From IMG/VR virus record IMGVR_UViG_2837734161_000001, positions 17,800 to 81,799 of that record: a stretch of DNA of 64,000 nt. One strand, 5' to 3'. A program made the position numbers and the translations under genes. Each line of letters starts with the position of its first letter. Within the stretch, counting starts at the first letter, position 1. Below the pieces are notes generated by a model. That model saw only the letters and a list, made by a program, of their open reading frames with translations, had not been told where the DNA came from and did not search any database. This document shows, one piece after another, positions 60,494-64,000 of this stretch. Origin of the DNA: a virus (lineage: Duplodnaviria; Caudoviricetes).

Positions 60494-61610
60494 CGAAAAC
60501 CTCGCAATCCTTTATAAAATAAGAAATAACTATCGCGCAGCAATATTCGTCTCCGTTAGTCACTTGCTTAAGCCATGTAACCATTGAGTTGTAAATAGTC
60601 AATTGATCCATCCCTTGATCTCGAAATTTAAAATACATGAAACGGACCTGCGTGCAGAATCGTTCATAATGAAATTTTCGCGTTGCCTCAAGCTCTTTAA
60701 ACTTTTCATTTAATGGCGTGAAATATAAATCCACATGTGCCTTTGCACGATTTAAGAGCATTACATTTTGAGAATCAATCTTTTCTTTTAATGCCACTGG
60801 CGTGTAATTTAAGTCAACATCTTTTGCTTGAGTTAAATTCGGAATGGCATCTAAAACCGCACAAATCTCGTCCTCAATTTTTTCATCAGCGAGAGATTCT
60901 TGCAATTTAGCATTTTGCAGAATCTCTTTTTTTAATTCTTTCATCTGCAGAATTTGATCTGCTGACCTTTGAAGTAGATATTTTCGTGAACAGGTCGGGC
61001 ACAAGGCAATCAAGTTATGCTGCTTATTTTTTGAAAGTGATGGATCTATAACAAGAACCTCATAATTTTCAATTGAATTGCCATCTGAATGAATGAACAA
61101 ACTATTAGGACAGCCTTTAACCGGGCAATGACCATTCTCTTCAGCAACAAGTGTTGCACCATATTTTTCTTTGAGATCCGCTTCTTTTGTAACGGATTCA
61201 GCAGTAGGGTTTTTTGCTCTGCGTCCCTTTCCTGCTCGCTCAACTAATGCTTTGTAATAGTTAGAGATCTTAACAGGATAATTATCTTTATTTATTCCTG
61301 GGCATTCCTTTTCAAATACCTGGCAAAGATATTCTTGAGTATCTTCATTATCTGTCTCAATGAAGTTTTCAAAATTTGCGAAATCAGGTGACTTCAGAAT
61401 GATTTTTGCAGGCTTTGTTATGTTGCTATCTCCATAGTAGTAACTCTTATAAGTCCGAGGGAGGAGCTCATTCGAATCATTATCATCCTCTTCTAAATAC
61501 ACGGATGAAAGAAGCCTCTTAGCGAAGCTCTCAGGTTTCTCTTTCGTTTTTTGATAGTAAGGAGCCAATTTGCTTACAAACTCCGCAAATTCTGTTTTTA
61601 AGTCCGACAC
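60477..61610 (-). CDS. ABC-three-component effector (LmuA-like) with HNH-like Zn region and C-terminal domain
   Basis: CP..GC and NLIALCPTC; ends ISYFIKDCEVF; likely GTG start at 61610 after GGAGG. Confidence 0.75.
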   Translation of the reverse strand: MSDLKTEFAEFVSKLAPYYQKTKEKPESFAKRLLSSVYLEEDDNDSNELLPRTYKSYYYGDSNITKPAKIILKSPDFANFENFIETDNEDTQEYLCQVFEKECPGINKDNYPVKISNYYKALVERAGKGRRAKNPTAESVTKEADLKEKYGATLVAEENGHCPVKGCPNSLFIHSDGNSIENYEVLVIDPSLSKNKQHNLIALCPTCSRKYLLQRSADQILQMKELKKEILQNAKLQESLADEKIEDEICAVLDAIPNLTQAKDVDLNYTPVALKEKIDSQNVMLLNRAKAHVDLYFTPLNEKFKELEATRKFHYERFCTQVRFMYFKFRDQGMDQLTIYNSMVTWLKQVTNGDEYCCAIVISYFIKDCEVFDAPTK

Positions 61611-61628
61611 CCAGTGTCCCTCCCACTT

Positions 61629-61658
61629 AAACTTGTACAACCTTGTACTAACTTGTCC
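61629..61658. promoter_or_regulatory. Three tandem 10-bp repeats (putative operator) in divergent region
   Basis: AAACTTGTAC AACCTTGTAC TAACTTGTCC; TATACT at 61689-61694. Confidence 0.55.
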
Positions 61659-62083
61659 TGTCACGAATCATGAAAGTTCAGCATTTCTTATACTGAAATC
61701 ATGAGATGAGGGGCAGGCAAGCAGCCCAATGTAAGGGCTATCAATACTTAGATCAATAATACCAGCTAACAATACTGGTCGCAATCTAAAGATATGCGTT
61801 TGCAAACTTATTGTTAGCAAACAAAAATCTCGTCTCATTGTCCCGGACATCGACTTTAAACCGTCTCATCTGAACTGCGACTCCCCGAGTGTACATAAAC
61901 GGGTGTTCATAGCCGATAGCAAAGGTGACAACTGAATATGACATAGGTCAAAAGCCAGTGAACGGCAAGACCACTAACTACCCGAAATGGAGCATTGTTC
62001 CAAGTCGGACAGGATTAGTGCGCCCTGCCGTTCTTTCTGTCTTGGCATCTCCATTTCGGTCCATCGAAGTGGAGGCGTCAATC

Positions 62084-62788
62084 ATGGCAAAACAGAGACA
62101 AATTAATTTTTATGAGGACGATCATCAGACAATTAGAACAACTGTAACCATCATCGAAGAAGCTGATGGAACCACATGTTTCATCTGTGCAGATGGATAC
62201 ACAATGTATCCAATGGAGCTTGATGGCATTGAGCCAAATATGTATAAGTCTTATGGCTTCGATCCTGCTCTTATCAGACCTTGGAAGGTAGGTTGCAAGA
62301 CGAGAATGGCTTATCTTGTGCCGGTCAGAGACATTGAATACAACGCACTCATCGCGGATGAAAAAGCTGAACAGAAACGTGAAGAGCGCAAATCAAAATG
62401 CCTGGTTGCCGGAAAAAATGGATATCCAATTATCTGCAGAGAGACCAGCTGCTGGAAAGCGTACGAGGAAGGTCGCTGCACTTGCTATGGCAATCTTAAT
62501 AACGTCACTGCAGACGACGTATATCTCGAAGATATGATGACAGATACAAACTGGGAACCCTCAACGGACGATACAACATCCGGAACGGCAATGGCACATG
62601 TGATGGAAGATGAGTTTAAAGAGTACCTTGCTCATCACCAGAAGAAGCTCCGCACGATCTACGAAGATAATATTTGTGGCCTGGATGCAGCCAAGATCGC
62701 CGCAAAGCATGGTTACAACATCAATACCACATATCGTTATTTGAAGAAAATCAAAAAGCTGGCAGACGAATTTTTCAATCAGGATTAA
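62084..62788 (+). CDS. Sigma-factor-like regulator with C-terminal HTH
   Basis: GGAGG RBS; C-terminal AAKIAAKHGYNINTTYRYLKKIK resembles sigma region 4. Confidence 0.6.
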   Translation: MAKQRQINFYEDDHQTIRTTVTIIEEADGTTCFICADGYTMYPMELDGIEPNMYKSYGFDPALIRPWKVGCKTRMAYLVPVRDIEYNALIADEKAEQKREERKSKCLVAGKNGYPIICRETSCWKAYEEGRCTCYGNLNNVTADDVYLEDMMTDTNWEPSTDDTTSGTAMAHVMEDEFKEYLAHHQKKLRTIYEDNICGLDAAKIAAKHGYNINTTYRYLKKIKKLADEFFNQD

Positions 62789-62797
62789 TTGAATCGG

Positions 62798-62837
62798 AGC
62801 AGCAGATAGGTTTCACCGCCTATCTGCTGCTCTTTTA
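62798..62837 (+). terminator. Intrinsic terminator
   Basis: GAGCAGCAGATAGG/CCTATCTGCTGCTC stem followed by TTTT. Confidence 0.85.
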
Positions 62838-62843
62838 TTAGTT

Positions 62844-63452
62844 TCATAAATACTGAACACTGATAATGCATTCTTTTAATGTTGGGAAAACCACTTCTGC
62901 TTCTTCGCCACGTGAAATATTTAGCGCAGAAAGATCAATTCCATATTTGTCTCCGGTATTGCAAACCACCTGTGTCATCGGTCCGTAAAGCTTGCCGTTA
63001 AAATAACTATTATCCTTATTTTTACTCCAGGAAACCCATACTCCATCACACTCTGGATTTACAACGCTTTCCTTATCAGATGATCCTTCTCCATGTCCAA
63101 GGTACCGATATAGCGTTCCTTTATACAGAGCTCCGGTCGTAAATTCCTTTATTGGAAACGGCGCATAATCCTTATCAATGATAAGGAATGCATACAATAC
63201 ATCAAAGAAGTTTTGGAAAGCAGATGACAATGCTGCCTCTTTTCTTTCTCCAACATAAGTGCATCCAGCCCAACAATCCAATGCTGATTCAATATTATCC
63301 AGACAATTGTTTCCATCATCAATTCTTATATATCTTTTCTCTGAAAACATACTTGTTATAAAGTGAATCTGGTCAGATGTAAGTTTGATCCGGTCAATAT
63401 TATCTTCAGCAACTTCGGACCAATTTCTTATTTGATTAATCTTCATATGCAA
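62844..63452 (-). CDS. Putative ADP-ribosyltransferase-fold protein
   Basis: LYRY, VSWS and EAEVV in the R-S-E order of ART folds. Confidence 0.5.
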   Translation of the reverse strand: MHMKINQIRNWSEVAEDNIDRIKLTSDQIHFITSMFSEKRYIRIDDGNNCLDNIESALDCWAGCTYVGERKEAALSSAFQNFFDVLYAFLIIDKDYAPFPIKEFTTGALYKGTLYRYLGHGEGSSDKESVVNPECDGVWVSWSKNKDNSYFNGKLYGPMTQVVCNTGDKYGIDLSALNISRGEEAEVVFPTLKECIISVQYL

Positions 63453-63608
63453 TGATCACCTTCAGATAATTTGAGTATAACTGTTGGATTAAGGACCGGC
63501 AACAATCTTTCCCTACTGCTTTTTGCCATTCGTTTGTCTCTTTTTGCCATAATATTCTGTTCAAATCCGGCACATTTTTTCGGGTGCAAAGTGACTCAGT
63601 GGAATAAT

Positions 63609-63662
63609 GTGCATTTCCGTGAAAAGGTTATTTGCTGAATGTACATTTACGCCAAATGATCA
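63609..63662. repeat. Two CATTTnCGYnAAA boxes near right prophage end
   Basis: gtgcatttccgtgaaaagg (63609) and gtacatttacgccaaatga (63641). Confidence 0.5.
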
Positions 63663-63686
63663 GGGTACAGGAATAAATAGCAAAAA

Positions 63687-63720
63687 GAAAAAGCCCATCC
63701 TCCTGTTAAGGAAGATGAGC
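63687..63720 (-). terminator. Intrinsic terminator downstream of right pilin
   Basis: GAAAAAGCCCATCCTC and GAAGATGAGC identical to 155-170 and 179-188; only the 8-nt loop differs. Confidence 0.8.
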
Positions 63721-63733
63721 CTTAGTATAAAAC

Positions 63734-64000
63734 TTACTTTTCAGTTACTGTTAACTTGCCGGCGCTATCAACAGTTACAGTAGCACTTGTCTTTGTCCCT
63801 GTTGGACTAAGAACAGTTGCTATATCCTGCCCGGCGATCTTTGTTTCTGCGTTTGTTCCTGTCCATCCTGCTTTCTTCTGAGTAAGAGTAATCTCTTCAG
63901 ATGCAGACTTCTTTGTAGAATCATATGTTGCTTTACCAGTACTATCTTCTGTTAGCACTGCTGTTGAACACTCAGCATATGCTGCTCTGATATTAGCCAT
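63734..64000 (-). CDS. Type IV pilin, C-terminal part (5' end outside window)
   Basis: MANIRAAYAE and TLTQKKAGW shared with left pilin; variable region divergent. Confidence 0.85.
   Translation of the reverse strand: MANIRAAYAECSTAVLTEDSTGKATYDSTKKSASEEITLTQKKAGWTGTNAETKIAGQDIATVLSPTGTKTSATVTVDSAGKLTVTEK

Larger units (their letters stand above)
513..63670. mobile_element. Prophage (siphovirus-like, serine-recombinase integration); right boundary uncertain, may extend past 64000
   Basis: Complete integration, lysis, tail, head, packaging and replication modules; left boundary set by the pilin truncation point. Confidence 0.9.

Noticed and set aside
63533-63550. Inverted match to the first 19 nt of the sigma-like gene (62084-62102)
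   Set aside because: A-rich, needs a 1-nt gap, no other support; may be chance
1-64000. tRNA or rRNA genes
   Set aside because: None recognised by eye; tRNAscan-SE would settle it

Overview
The window is almost entirely one ~63 kb temperate siphovirus-type prophage from a Firmicutes host (Lachnospiraceae-like by protein style; inference), mostly on the minus strand. Left to right it carries two large serine recombinases, lysis, tail, an HK97-type head, terminase, a cluster of small genes each behind a repeated promoter, a DNA methyltransferase, a cos/HNH region, a helicase-primase block, an oppositely oriented PolA replication block, a defence operon and a sigma-like regulator. The defence operon is a Lamassu/ABC-three-component system, an MmeI-like type IIL R-M gene and a GmrSD-like nuclease. 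The R-M gene is split by a nest of mobile elements whose junctions resolve to the base: IS4 (10-bp TSD) contains IS21 (7-bp TSD), which contains a RIT element inserted in the istB Walker A motif. The most intriguing feature is at the ends: both flanks are type IV pilin sequences with near-identical terminators, and the left pilin is headless with no matching head at the right end inside the window. This suggests the phage integrates into the conserved pilin N-terminus and supplies its own pilin C-terminus (pilin swapping), or sits in an array of silent pilin cassettes. A compact structured RNA (four-way junction with kissing loops, own promoter and terminator) lies inside the tail operon. All family names come from motif recognition by eye; no database searches were run.
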